DNA of 40,682 nt, from positions 1-40,682 of the IMG/VR virus record IMGVR_UViG_3300048861_000274. One strand, 5' to 3'. Source of the stretch: a virus (taxonomy: Duplodnaviria > Caudoviricetes). Below, piece after piece: positions 1 to 7,956 of the stretch (its first letter is position 1; the number at the start of each line of letters is the position of its first letter). Made by a program: the position numbers and the translations under genes. Under the pieces are notes generated by a model that made no database searches, was not told the origin of the DNA, and worked only from the letters and a program-made list of their open reading frames with translations.

Positions 1-12
1 GGCCTTTGCCTG

Positions 13-222
13 ATGCCTGTCGCCTGCACCGATGAGATGCTTGATGCCAAGGACGCGCGGATTGCCGAACTGGAGGCGGCGCTCCGTCCGATAGCCGAGA
101 TGTGCGATTTCTTCGCGGTCGGGCATCATGGCCAAGTAAGCGCCCGCGATCTCCGCCGCGCTGCTGAGGCCCTGAGTGCCACCGCCCGGCGGGAGAGCGG
201 GGAGGGGGTGGACCGTGGGTAA
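13..222 (+). CDS. Phage hypothetical protein (true start may lie upstream of the window)
   Basis: ARIAELEAALRP coiled-coil motif typical of phage early genes; overlaps next gene. Confidence 0.55.
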   Translation: MPVACTDEMLDAKDARIAELEAALRPIAEMCDFFAVGHHGQVSARDLRRAAEALSATARRESGEGVDRG

Positions 223-448
223 GCGCAAACCTAACTTTCCGTTCGACCATATCGGCACGATGAACTTGTTCAGAGAGCCGGGCGGTGTCCACGAAATCAC
301 CGTGTCGAGCACGGATCCGACTGTGTTCGATGAAACGCCCGATGGACTCAGGCCGATCGACCACATTGAAAATCTGATCCTGGCCGCTGCTGCGCGAATG
401 AAAGCGCGGAAATTGGCCAATGGGACATATCGGGAGATGCCCGCATGA
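215..448 (+). CDS. Hypothetical protein
   Basis: GTG at 215 after GGAGGGGG; stop overlaps the next ATG (ATGA). Confidence 0.55.
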   Translation: MGKRKPNFPFDHIGTMNLFREPGGVHEITVSSTDPTVFDETPDGLRPIDHIENLILAAAARMKARKLANGTYREMPA

Positions 449-1167
449 ACACCCCTACCCAAGCCACCCCGCATTCGGGGGCCGTGGAGCGCAGCCCGGC
501 GCAGTTCTTCTTCGAAGTTGGCTTTGGAGCCGCCTATGCGGAGGCCGTCATCCAGCAGGGCGACGCTCCATTCGCTCTGAGCGACGCACTGATCGAACGC
601 GCATGGGAAATTGCTGGCGAGGCCCACGATGATCCAGCTGAGTTCGATCGCTACCTCGCACAAGCAAACGCCTCCCAGCCACCCGCTCCCGTCGCGGCTC
701 CTGATGGCGAGCAGCAGGCCCGGTCCATCGTTGCATCTGTCGCGGAAGAGCTTGGCTATTGCGAAGACGATGTGGAGGTTTTCCGGTCTGGCAATCTCGA
801 CGGTGACGATCTTCTGCCTGTCATGGCGGTAGAGCGCGCCCTAGCCCCGCAACCCGCCGCTTCCATCCCGGCGGCCGGTGGTGAGCCAGATTTCGAGGCG
901 TTCGCGAAGGAGTGGCACCGGGCCGTTGAGGTTATCCTGACGATGGCAGGCTTGAGCCCCGCGCTCGGGGCACAGGAAGCCATCGCGGCCATGCAGGAGC
1001 GGTTGCAACCCCCGGCGGGTGATCGCGAGGCTGTGGCGAAGGCGGCTGAGTTCCTGCTGTGGTGCTACGACAATGGGCCGGCGGTCGAACATGCGAAGGA
1101 AGCATGGGAGGCTCTGCGCCTCGCCCTCCGCTCGCCGGCTGCTGATCCCACCGGGGAGAAAAAGTGA
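445..1167 (+). CDS. Phage hypothetical protein
   Basis: 240 aa ORF, GGGAG upstream, coupled at both ends. Confidence 0.75.
   Translation: MNTPTQATPHSGAVERSPAQFFFEVGFGAAYAEAVIQQGDAPFALSDALIERAWEIAGEAHDDPAEFDRYLAQANASQPPAPVAAPDGEQQARSIVASVAEELGYCEDDVEVFRSGNLDGDDLLPVMAVERALAPQPAASIPAAGGEPDFEAFAKEWHRAVEVILTMAGLSPALGAQEAIAAMQERLQPPAGDREAVAKAAEFLLWCYDNGPAVEHAKEAWEALRLALRSPAADPTGEKK
1141..1158 (+). repeat. 18-bp direct repeat GCTGATCCCACCGGGGAG, copy 1 (copy 2 at 1464-1481)
   Basis: Exact match read from the sequence; both copies encode ADPTGE at a gene 3' end and contain the next RBS. Confidence 0.9.
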
Positions 1168-1487
1168 TGACGCACGAGGAAATCCGAGCGCTCGTCATCA
1201 ACTCTCCGGAGACGGCGGACTTCATGGCTGCTGTACCTCTAGAGGCCGCCCACCAGCGGGAGCGTTGGGGCTCAGGGCATGATGCAGGAAAGGCGCCGGA
1301 GGATTGGCTGTTCCTGGTCGGCTATCTCGCTGGGAAAGCCTGCGCCGCCGCTCGAACTGGCAATACCGACAAGGCGCTGCATCACACGATCAGCACAGCC
1401 GCTGCGCTCGCCAATTGGCACGCGGCGCTGACCGGCGCTCACACGGCGATGCGTCCCGGTATCGCTGATCCCACCGGGGAGGCTTGA
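1164..1487 (+). CDS. All-alpha MazG-like-fold protein lacking the acidic catalytic motif
   Basis: EAAHQRERWG..HD..K..EDWLFLVGYLAGKA...TAAALANW resembles phage MazG-like proteins, with YLAGK where EExGE is expected. Confidence 0.5.
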   Translation: MMTHEEIRALVINSPETADFMAAVPLEAAHQRERWGSGHDAGKAPEDWLFLVGYLAGKACAAARTGNTDKALHHTISTAAALANWHAALTGAHTAMRPGIADPTGEA

Positions 1488-1490
1488 GAG

Positions 1491-1676
1491 ATGGGTGCTC
1501 TAGACATGGACCAGCAGCACCGGGATTGGGTGCGAGATCAGGCAGGAGCAGCCGCTGGGAACCCCTATGCTACCCTGTGCGCCGTCTGTTTCGGACGGCA
1601 CGCGCCGCCGCGCAATGAGCATTGCCCGCATCAGCCCCTCGCCACCACCGCCCAGCCCGAGAGGAGTTCGGAGTGA
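1491..1676 (+). CDS. Small Cys/His-containing hypothetical protein
   Basis: RBS in the repeat; CAVC...H...HC; GTGA overlap with next gene. Confidence 0.55.
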   Translation: MGALDMDQQHRDWVRDQAGAAAGNPYATLCAVCFGRHAPPRNEHCPHQPLATTAQPERSSE

Positions 1677-2383
1677 TCCGCGTCGAGCATATCGGGTTGG
1701 CAACTCTATACCTAGGAGATTGCAGGGATATCCTGCCGACACTCGGCGAGATAGATGCTGTCGTGACAGATCCGCCATATGGCGTGAAGGAGCGGACGGC
1801 TCGAAAATCGAATGGCCGTGGGCGTGGCGGCGATAGCCGGTTGCAGGGCGGAGTGGCCGGCTCGCGTGACTGGCCTGCTATCATAGGCGATGATAAGCCT
1901 TTCGACCCGGCGCTGTTGCTGCGATATCCCAAAGTAGTCATCTTCGGCGGAAACCATTTCGGAAGCCGCCTTCCAGACGCATCAAAGTGGATAGTCTGGG
2001 ATAAGCGTGAGGAGACTACTCCTGACGACAATGCCGACTGCGAGATGGCGTGGACGAACCTGAAAGGTCCAGCCCGGATACATCGTCAGCTTTGGCGTGG
2101 GATATGCCGCCGTGGCGAGGAGAATGTCTCTACTGGTGCGGCTCGTTTGCACCCGACACAGAAGCCGATCGCTCTGATGGAATTTTGTATTCTTCAGTGC
2201 AGGCTGCAACCTGCCTCAACCATCCTTGATCCATATATGGGTAGTGGGCCTACCGGCGTTGCTGCGGTTCGTCGTGGCCACAATTTCATCGGCTGCGAAA
2301 TAGAGCCGGCCTATTTCCATACGGCCTGCAAGCGCATCGACGACGCTCAGCGGCAGGGCCAGCTATTCGGAGACGCAGCATGA
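1673..2383 (+). CDS. DNA N6-adenine/N4-cytosine methyltransferase (beta class), orphan
   Basis: LYLGDC, TDPPY catalytic motif, HPTQKP, DPYMGSGPTG SAM motif, FIGCEI; GTG start after AGGAG. Confidence 0.93.
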   Translation: MIRVEHIGLATLYLGDCRDILPTLGEIDAVVTDPPYGVKERTARKSNGRGRGGDSRLQGGVAGSRDWPAIIGDDKPFDPALLLRYPKVVIFGGNHFGSRLPDASKWIVWDKREETTPDDNADCEMAWTNLKGPARIHRQLWRGICRRGEENVSTGAARLHPTQKPIALMEFCILQCRLQPASTILDPYMGSGPTGVAAVRRGHNFIGCEIEPAYFHTACKRIDDAQRQGQLFGDAA

Positions 2384-2805
2384 CCCCCGATGTCGCCGCC
2401 ATCGCTGCGCCCCGTCGTGTCCAGCTTTCCCGCAAGAAAGGCTGGCGGATGCCGGCCAATACGGTGAGCGTCGCTCGGCCGGGGCGCTGGGGCAACCCAT
2501 TCACCGTCGAGATAGTCGGCTCGGCTGATCTCGCGGTTGATCTGTTTCGTGATGTGATGACCTGGGGTTTCGACCCGTTCAAACTCAAGTTCCTTACCGA
2601 CGCTGAGTTCAACACAGTCCACACAGCCAAAGAGGCTTGGTCAAAGCGACTGGGCTTCCGGCTTGAGCATCTAGCGGGCGCTCAGAGAGAACTGCGCGGA
2701 AAGAACCTCGCCTGTTGGTGCCCGCTCGATCAGCCGTGTCATGCAGATATCTTGTTGGAGCTGGCCAACCAAGGCGCCCTTCTGGAGGACACGAGCCATG
2801 TGTGA
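2380..2805 (+). CDS. DUF4326-family phage protein
   Basis: RRVQLSRKKGWR, RPGRWGNPF, ELRGKNLACWCPLDQPCHADILL. Confidence 0.88.
   Translation: MTPDVAAIAAPRRVQLSRKKGWRMPANTVSVARPGRWGNPFTVEIVGSADLAVDLFRDVMTWGFDPFKLKFLTDAEFNTVHTAKEAWSKRLGFRLEHLAGAQRELRGKNLACWCPLDQPCHADILLELANQGALLEDTSHV
2389..2409 (+). repeat. 21-bp direct repeat GATGTCGCCGCCATCGCTGCG (copy 2 at 2804-2824)
   Basis: Exact match at the 5' ends of two adjacent genes (DVAAIAA). Confidence 0.9.
2778..2800 (+). repeat. 23-bp direct repeat CCTTCTGGAGGACACG(A/G)GCCATG (copy 2 at 2971-2993)
   Basis: One mismatch; contains RBS GGAGG and the next start codon. Confidence 0.9.
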
Positions 2806-2998
2806 TGTCGCCGCCATCGCTGCGGGGCTGAGCGATACCGATCGCGATCGTCTTCTAGACGCCGAGCCGGCCGATAGCTTGGAATACTGGCTTCATGAAC
2901 CAGTGTCGGATCCTCGCATCGCCGGGGATGATCTGGTCGTTAGCCCATTCGGCCTCGCCGTCCGCGCCCACCTTCTGGAGGACACGGGCCATGGGTGA
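2798..2998 (+). CDS. Small hypothetical protein
   Basis: ATG after GGAGG; overlaps both neighbours. Confidence 0.65.
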   Translation: MCDVAAIAAGLSDTDRDRLLDAEPADSLEYWLHEPVSDPRIAGDDLVVSPFGLAVRAHLLEDTGHG

Positions 2999-3104
2999 TG
3001 ATCCGACAGACCCGCTGATGTTCGCAGAGTTCGTCATGGGCATCCTGACGATCTGCGGGCTTCTCTACTTCGCCGCCCGCTGGATGGAGACACAGCATGG
3101 ATGA
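2991..3104 (+). CDS. Small single-pass membrane protein
   Basis: GGAGG RBS; hydrophobic LMFAEFVMGILTICGLLYFAA. Confidence 0.65.
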   Translation: MGDDPTDPLMFAEFVMGILTICGLLYFAARWMETQHG

Positions 3105-3600
3105 TGCAGAGCGCAGGGCGCGGGAGATGCTGGCGGCTGAGTTCGACGATCCTACCGGATACGCAGGAACGGCCATCGACATCCGACGCGGTAGTTTCGT
3201 CGGCATACCGGCAGAACGGGCGGTCGGTGTCATAGCAAAACTCATTGAAGCCAGAGACTTCTACGCCGGCCGGTACGCCGAGAGGTGCGCACCGCAGTCA
3301 GAGGAACCCTCCGCCGACTACCGGCGCGGGCTGGATGAACTGAGGAAGCTGAGCGATCGGGCAACGGCTGGCGAGTGGATGGTGCAGGACGGCTGCTCAT
3401 GGCGCCGGATCGGTACGCATATGCACGACGGCGATGTTCTGTGCCCGATCGTCCAGCGCGATGGCCATCCTGACCTGATTGCAGCGGATGGCAAGCGCGA
3501 CGCCAACATGCGGTTCATCGTGGCCGCCATCAACTTCGTCAGGCAGGCCCTCGCCCAGCCCGAACCCACCAGCGGGGAGAGTGATCATGCACAGCGCTGA
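3097..3600 (+). CDS. Ead/Ea22-like phage protein
   Basis: ELRKLSDRATAGEW ... DANMRFIVAA motif pair. Confidence 0.7.
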   Translation: MDDAERRAREMLAAEFDDPTGYAGTAIDIRRGSFVGIPAERAVGVIAKLIEARDFYAGRYAERCAPQSEEPSADYRRGLDELRKLSDRATAGEWMVQDGCSWRRIGTHMHDGDVLCPIVQRDGHPDLIAADGKRDANMRFIVAAINFVRQALAQPEPTSGESDHAQR

Positions 3601-3808
3601 GGATGAGCGAGAGGCGGTGGTGCGGCTCGTGCGCCAAGCTGGCCTAGAGGCTGTCAGGATGCGCCTTGTGGCTGGAATGCCAGGCGACACCCGAACTGAT
3701 CGCGCCAAGGCCGAAGCGTTCGCCGATGGATGCTCGCATGCCTGCAAGTCGATCCTTGAGGCCATCGAGCAGGGCGCCCACCTCCAGCGGAAGGAGGGGC
3801 TGGGATGA
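3587..3808 (+). CDS. Hypothetical protein
   Basis: GGAG RBS; ERxAVV...AIEQGAHL pattern; ATGA overlap with tnpB. Confidence 0.7.
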   Translation: MHSAEDEREAVVRLVRQAGLEAVRMRLVAGMPGDTRTDRAKAEAFADGCSHACKSILEAIEQGAHLQRKEGLG

Positions 3809-4866
3809 GCCGGACGCGTCCTCTTCTGACCGTGCGCCTCAGGCTCCGGGACAAGCACTGCCGCAGCCTAAATGCTCAGGCGCGTTCAGTGAATTTCGTC
3901 TGGAATTATGTGAACGAGGTTCAGAAAAAAGCCGTTCAATCGCTTCGCCCTTGGATGTCGAAATATGACCTGATGCAGCTCACTGCCGGAGCGGCAAAGG
4001 ATCTAGGCCTGCACGCTCACACCATCCAGCGAGTCTGTCGGCTGTATGACGAATCGCGACGCTCTAAGGGAAGGGCCTGGCTGCGTTGGCGAGGGCGAAA
4101 GTCGCTCGGCTGGGTTCCGTTCAATACAGGTCATGTCCGTTTTGATGGCGAGAGGTTCATTTTCAATGGCGTTGCCTACGAGGCAATGCACCTGCGGGAT
4201 GCTCTCGCTTCGGGCATGAGATTTGGCGCCGGCTCATTCAGCGCTGATGCGAAGGGCCACTGGTATATCAACCTGCCTTGCGAGATGCCCTGTTCGGGTG
4301 TTCGCAACTCTGGCGCTGTCGGTATAGATTTAGGCCTTAAAACCCTCGCCGCGCTATCGGATGGTGAGGCGATCGCTATGCCTAGCTTCTACCGCAAAAG
4401 CGAAGCGGCACTTGCGCAGGCTCAGCGAGCCCGGAAGTCGAAGCGCGCGAAGGCCATCCATGGGAAGATCGTAAACCGCAGAAAGGATTTCCTGCACAAG
4501 GCCAGCCGGGCGCTGTGCGAGAAATACGGGCTGATCATCGTTGGTGATGTCAGCCCGTCCAAATTGGCCAAGACCCGCATGGCAAAGTCCATTCTGGACG
4601 CAAGCTGGTCGGGATTCCGTCACATGCTCTCGTACAAGGCCATTAGGCATGGCGGGAGAATGGTCGAAGTCCCTGAGGCCTACACGACGCAGACCTGCTC
4701 GACATGCGGCGCTCTGCCGCCGTCGAGGCCGAGAGGTATCGCAGGTCTGGCAATAAGAGAATGGACGTGCAGCGACTGCGAAACGGTCCACGACCGCGAC
4801 ACCAACGCTGCCCGGAACATTCTCCGCTTCGGTCTGGAAGCGCTTGTAGAAGGAGCCCTTCAATGA
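3805..4866 (+). CDS. tnpB: TnpB-family (IS200/IS605 OrfB) RNA-guided nuclease homologue, no TnpA nearby
   Basis: N-terminal VRLRL/FVWN, RuvC-I GIDLGLK, bridge NRRKDFLHK, IIVGD, EAYTTQTCSTC...WTCSDC zinc finger, RuvC-III HDRDTNAARNI. Confidence 0.95.
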   Translation: MSRTRPLLTVRLRLRDKHCRSLNAQARSVNFVWNYVNEVQKKAVQSLRPWMSKYDLMQLTAGAAKDLGLHAHTIQRVCRLYDESRRSKGRAWLRWRGRKSLGWVPFNTGHVRFDGERFIFNGVAYEAMHLRDALASGMRFGAGSFSADAKGHWYINLPCEMPCSGVRNSGAVGIDLGLKTLAALSDGEAIAMPSFYRKSEAALAQAQRARKSKRAKAIHGKIVNRRKDFLHKASRALCEKYGLIIVGDVSPSKLAKTRMAKSILDASWSGFRHMLSYKAIRHGGRMVEVPEAYTTQTCSTCGALPPSRPRGIAGLAIREWTCSDCETVHDRDTNAARNILRFGLEALVEGALQ

Positions 4867-5180
4867 AGGTAGCAGACACCCAGACCATCCGCGAGCGGGC
4901 CGTGGAACATGTCTCATATAAACTGGCGGGCAACGAGACCCACCAGCAATTGTTCTACAAGGGGCTGAATAAGGAAGGCTGGGATGACCTCGCCAAATGC
5001 GCCTTTGAAGCCGTCATAGATATTCTCATGGAGCCGGATGAGGGGATGCAGCATGAGGGGGCCCTTCGCATCTGCATGAGCCGAGAGATGGGTGATGACT
5101 ATTATTTTGCGGCGAAAGAATCCCTCCAAGCCATGCTGCGGCGGGCTGCTGGGAGGGGGGAGAATGGGTCTGACGCCTGA
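4863..5180 (+). CDS. Phage hypothetical protein
   Basis: AAGGAG RBS inside tnpB; ATGA overlap. Confidence 0.75.
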   Translation: MKVADTQTIRERAVEHVSYKLAGNETHQQLFYKGLNKEGWDDLAKCAFEAVIDILMEPDEGMQHEGALRICMSREMGDDYYFAAKESLQAMLRRAAGRGENGSDA

Positions 5181-5228
5181 TCTGCGGTATATTCGTAGCG
5201 TGTGCAGTTGCATCTAAGGGGCCAAATC

Positions 5229-5534
5229 ATGAACATGGTTGAACGAGTGGCACGGGCGCTGTGCATTCAGGACAACAAAGATCCGGACGATATGCTTAAC
5301 CCACCCATGGATATTGCGGTCGTTCGTGATGACATCGCACCGCGGCCGAAGGTGCCGCAGTGGAAGAACTTCGTCGCCCCGGCTCTGGTCGCTCTTCGGG
5401 AGATTAGAACTCCCACCCCAACAATGCTCGTGGAGGCAGAGGAGCGGCTCAAGATAGACCGCACCACGATTGCGGATGTCTGGGACGTGATGACCTATGC
5501 CGCTCAGCGCCGGGAACGCCCGCTAGCGCCGTGA
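5229..5534 (+). CDS. Phage hypothetical protein
   Basis: MVERVARAL...ALREIRTPTPTM pattern common in alphaproteobacterial phages. Confidence 0.75.
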   Translation: MNMVERVARALCIQDNKDPDDMLNPPMDIAVVRDDIAPRPKVPQWKNFVAPALVALREIRTPTPTMLVEAEERLKIDRTTIADVWDVMTYAAQRRERPLAP

Positions 5535-5926
5535 CCCTCCACTGGAACCCGAACCGGATCAGCACCCGCGCCCGCGTCCTGAAGGCGGTGCGCGACTATT
5601 TCCGCGAGTGTGGCATGTCGCCGTCGTTCTCGCAGATCGGGTTACGGGCGGGGATACCGAAGCAGCGGGTCGGGAGGTATCTCGACGAGCTGCAACGCGA
5701 TGAGTACCTGAGCTATGTGAAGGGCGAGGCGTGCTCGATCGTGCTGGTCGATCCCGGTGCGAACCTGTCGGACGCTGATCTGCGGGCTGCGTGTATCGGG
5801 CGGGGCCTGCCAGACCCCTTCCTGCTGATGAGGCACTGGCCCGCGATCATGGCCGCCATCCCGGAAGCATTCCCGGTCGACCCAATCATACCGGACGACA
5901 TCGCGGACCTGCTCAAGAAGTTGTGA
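5531..5926 (+). CDS. LexA-type winged-helix DNA-binding protein without peptidase domain
   Basis: VLKAVRDYFRECGMSPSFSQIG...VGRYLDELQRDEYL matches the LexA DBD pattern; no S24 domain. Confidence 0.75.
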   Translation: MTLHWNPNRISTRARVLKAVRDYFRECGMSPSFSQIGLRAGIPKQRVGRYLDELQRDEYLSYVKGEACSIVLVDPGANLSDADLRAACIGRGLPDPFLLMRHWPAIMAAIPEAFPVDPIIPDDIADLLKKL

Positions 5927-6125
5927 CCGGCCGTCCTCTACGACGTCCCCCGACAGCGGAAGCCGACCGATCACGCCGCCCCGTTGCACGGCGGAGGCAC
6001 GCAAGCCACAGAATATCGCTGTCATTTCGGTTGCGATCACCTGTGACGAAATTGGGACTATGCGACATCCCGCCAGAGACTCACCCCCATAGCTGAAGGC
6101 GCCATCCAGGTGCCGGGGGTTCGAG

Positions 6126-6746
6126 ATGGCAAAGCGTACCAAGAGCAAGGTCAAGTCGATGTCGCCGGAGAAGGTGGCGCAGCGGGAGGAGCGGCGTTGG
6201 CAGGAGGCTGTCAACGATATCGGCGCGGCCATCGGCATGCCGGAAGCCCAGCGCAATCCCAAGACGGTCCAGCTCGCCACCACGGCGATTGTCGACGGCT
6301 ATTCGCGGCCTATGTCGAAAACGCTTCGGAAACTCACCCCTGTTGACCGGCTGCGTAAAGCCGGCGTCCTAGAGTTCCACGAAGCTGAAGCCTGCGAGGA
6401 TTACGCGAGCATCATGGCGCGTGCATGGGACACAGTCGGTTGCACCGCCAACTACAGCGGAATGGGGTCGGGGAACTACTCCGATGCAGCGAAACGAGCG
6501 CACCGGCAGACCGAGGACCAGATCGAGGCCCGAGCTAACTACTGGTTCGCCCGATCAGCCCTTCCTGAGCAGTACGTCCCGGTCTTCGAGGCCGTGATCT
6601 GCCACAACGCTACGATCGCCAACATCGCCGGCGAGAAGTTCTCCGCGCTCGGCCGGTCACAGCGCGAGCATAAGACCCGCGCGATCATCAAGCTCTGCGC
6701 CAACCTTCTGCATGGCGCGGTCGGCAACCGGTTGACGGTGCGCTGA
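6126..6746 (+). CDS. Probable late-gene activator/antiterminator (DUF6456-like)
   Basis: Position upstream of the late promoter; PVDRLRKAGVL...EAEACEDY and a C-terminal helical HTH-like segment. Confidence 0.5.
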   Translation: MAKRTKSKVKSMSPEKVAQREERRWQEAVNDIGAAIGMPEAQRNPKTVQLATTAIVDGYSRPMSKTLRKLTPVDRLRKAGVLEFHEAEACEDYASIMARAWDTVGCTANYSGMGSGNYSDAAKRAHRQTEDQIEARANYWFARSALPEQYVPVFEAVICHNATIANIAGEKFSALGRSQREHKTRAIIKLCANLLHGAVGNRLTVR

Positions 6747-7462
6747 TGAGCAAGACGTATGCAATCGCCGATACGCACGGACGCTTCGACCTGCTCAGCG
6801 ATGCTATATCGGCCGCTGAGCGATATGCGGGCACCGAAGGGGGCACGCTGATCGTGCTCGGCGACTTCGTCGATCGCGGTCCGGCGTCGCGCTCCATCAT
6901 TGAACTGCTGATGGCCGGCCCATCACTGCCGAACTGGCGCTGGATCGTGCTCCAGGGCAACCACGAGGCCATGATGCTGGAGTGCCTGACCAATCCGGGC
7001 ATTTTGCGCTGGTGGGTGGGTAATGGCGGCGGCGCTACGCTCAGGAGCTACGGCTACCAGCACGGTGACGGCCTCGTACCGCTCAAGATTCCGGTCGGGC
7101 ATCTCGAATGGCTCGCGGACTTGCCCGTCACTCACGAGGACGATCATAGGATCTATGTCCATGCGGGTGTGCCGTTTGATCAGGACGTGGCAGCAGCCAA
7201 ACGCGATACCCTTCAGTGGATGCTGTATGCGAGCGAGCAGCACTACGAGGACGCGACCGTGTTGCCGGACGCTGGGCACGTGTCTGGTAAGCACGTCGTC
7301 CATGGCCATGAGCAATCGGCATCACATCCGCTGCTGAAGCCGCATCGGACCAACCTCGACACATTTGCCTGGAGCACAGGACGATTGGCCGTCGGGGTGT
7401 TCGACGATGCTATGTCGGGTGGGCCGGTCGACGTCCTCTGGGCGGAAGGGGCAAGGGGATGA
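6746..7462 (+). CDS. Ser/Thr protein phosphatase-like metallophosphoesterase (lambda NinI-like)
   Basis: DTHG, GDFVDRG, GNHE, HAG, HGH, NLDT motifs. Confidence 0.92.
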   Translation: MSKTYAIADTHGRFDLLSDAISAAERYAGTEGGTLIVLGDFVDRGPASRSIIELLMAGPSLPNWRWIVLQGNHEAMMLECLTNPGILRWWVGNGGGATLRSYGYQHGDGLVPLKIPVGHLEWLADLPVTHEDDHRIYVHAGVPFDQDVAAAKRDTLQWMLYASEQHYEDATVLPDAGHVSGKHVVHGHEQSASHPLLKPHRTNLDTFAWSTGRLAVGVFDDAMSGGPVDVLWAEGARG

Positions 7463-7779
7463 CGGCCGTCTGTCCATGCTGCGGCTTCGATCTCGCGCTA
7501 GACGAGCCAGTGATAACCGGTGCGATGCAGTTCGATCCCCGCGGCGACGTGCTGTGGCGCGGCGAGAAGCTGAACCTGACATCCAGCGAGCGCATCATCC
7601 TAGGCACGCTGCTGAAGGAGAGCCCGCGCCACGTCAGCGAGGCCGTCCTGCACGAGCGGATCGACTACGAAGGAGACAGCCACATCGCCCACGTCATGAT
7701 CTGCCGGCTGCGGAAGAAACTCGGCGATCCGAATCCGATCGAGAACGATCAAGGGCTCGGCTGGAGGTGGGCGGCATGA
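7459..7779 (+). CDS. OmpR/PhoB-type winged-helix protein with N-terminal CPCC
   Basis: LTSSERIILGTLL...HVMICRLRKKLG...IENDQGLGWR; no receiver domain. Confidence 0.85.
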   Translation: MTAVCPCCGFDLALDEPVITGAMQFDPRGDVLWRGEKLNLTSSERIILGTLLKESPRHVSEAVLHERIDYEGDSHIAHVMICRLRKKLGDPNPIENDQGLGWRWAA

Positions 7780-7916
7780 TGGTGATTGGCGTGTCGCTGC
7801 TGTCCGCCGCCGGGATCGGTGCGCTGCTCGATCAGCGCGTGCCTGACCATGCCGCGTTCGCCGTGACGCTGGTGATCGCGGTGATGGGGCTCGCTATGGC
7901 GGCGGTGATCGGCTGA
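7776..7916 (+). CDS. Small membrane protein (2 TM)
   Basis: GGAGG RBS, ATGA overlap, two hydrophobic stretches. Confidence 0.6.
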   Translation: MMVIGVSLLSAAGIGALLDQRVPDHAAFAVTLVIAVMGLAMAAVIG

Positions 7917-7956
7917 GGGTATATCGACGGTTCTGGATAGGAGCGGGGACCGAATA

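Noticed and set aside
1141-2993. Short direct repeats as a CRISPR array or att sites
   Set aside because: Only two copies of each, separated by whole genes and lying within coding or RBS sequence
4543-4548. Calling TnpB nuclease-dead (TldR) from the E-to-G change alone
   Set aside because: A compensating glutamate (E291) is present at the known rearranged position; dead status is not supported without a test
3805-4866. Calling tnpB an intact IS200/IS605 element or a Cas12 effector
   Set aside because: No tnpA, no identifiable element ends, and no CRISPR array or cas genes in the window
5231-5244. GAAC-N6-GAAC as an alphaproteobacterial LexA box
   Set aside because: The consensus needs N7 spacing and the site is inside a coding start
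5927-6125. Intergenic gap as an ncRNA or extra gene
   Set aside because: Only short GC-rich stems and unconvincing overlapping ORFs; most simply a promoter or leader region
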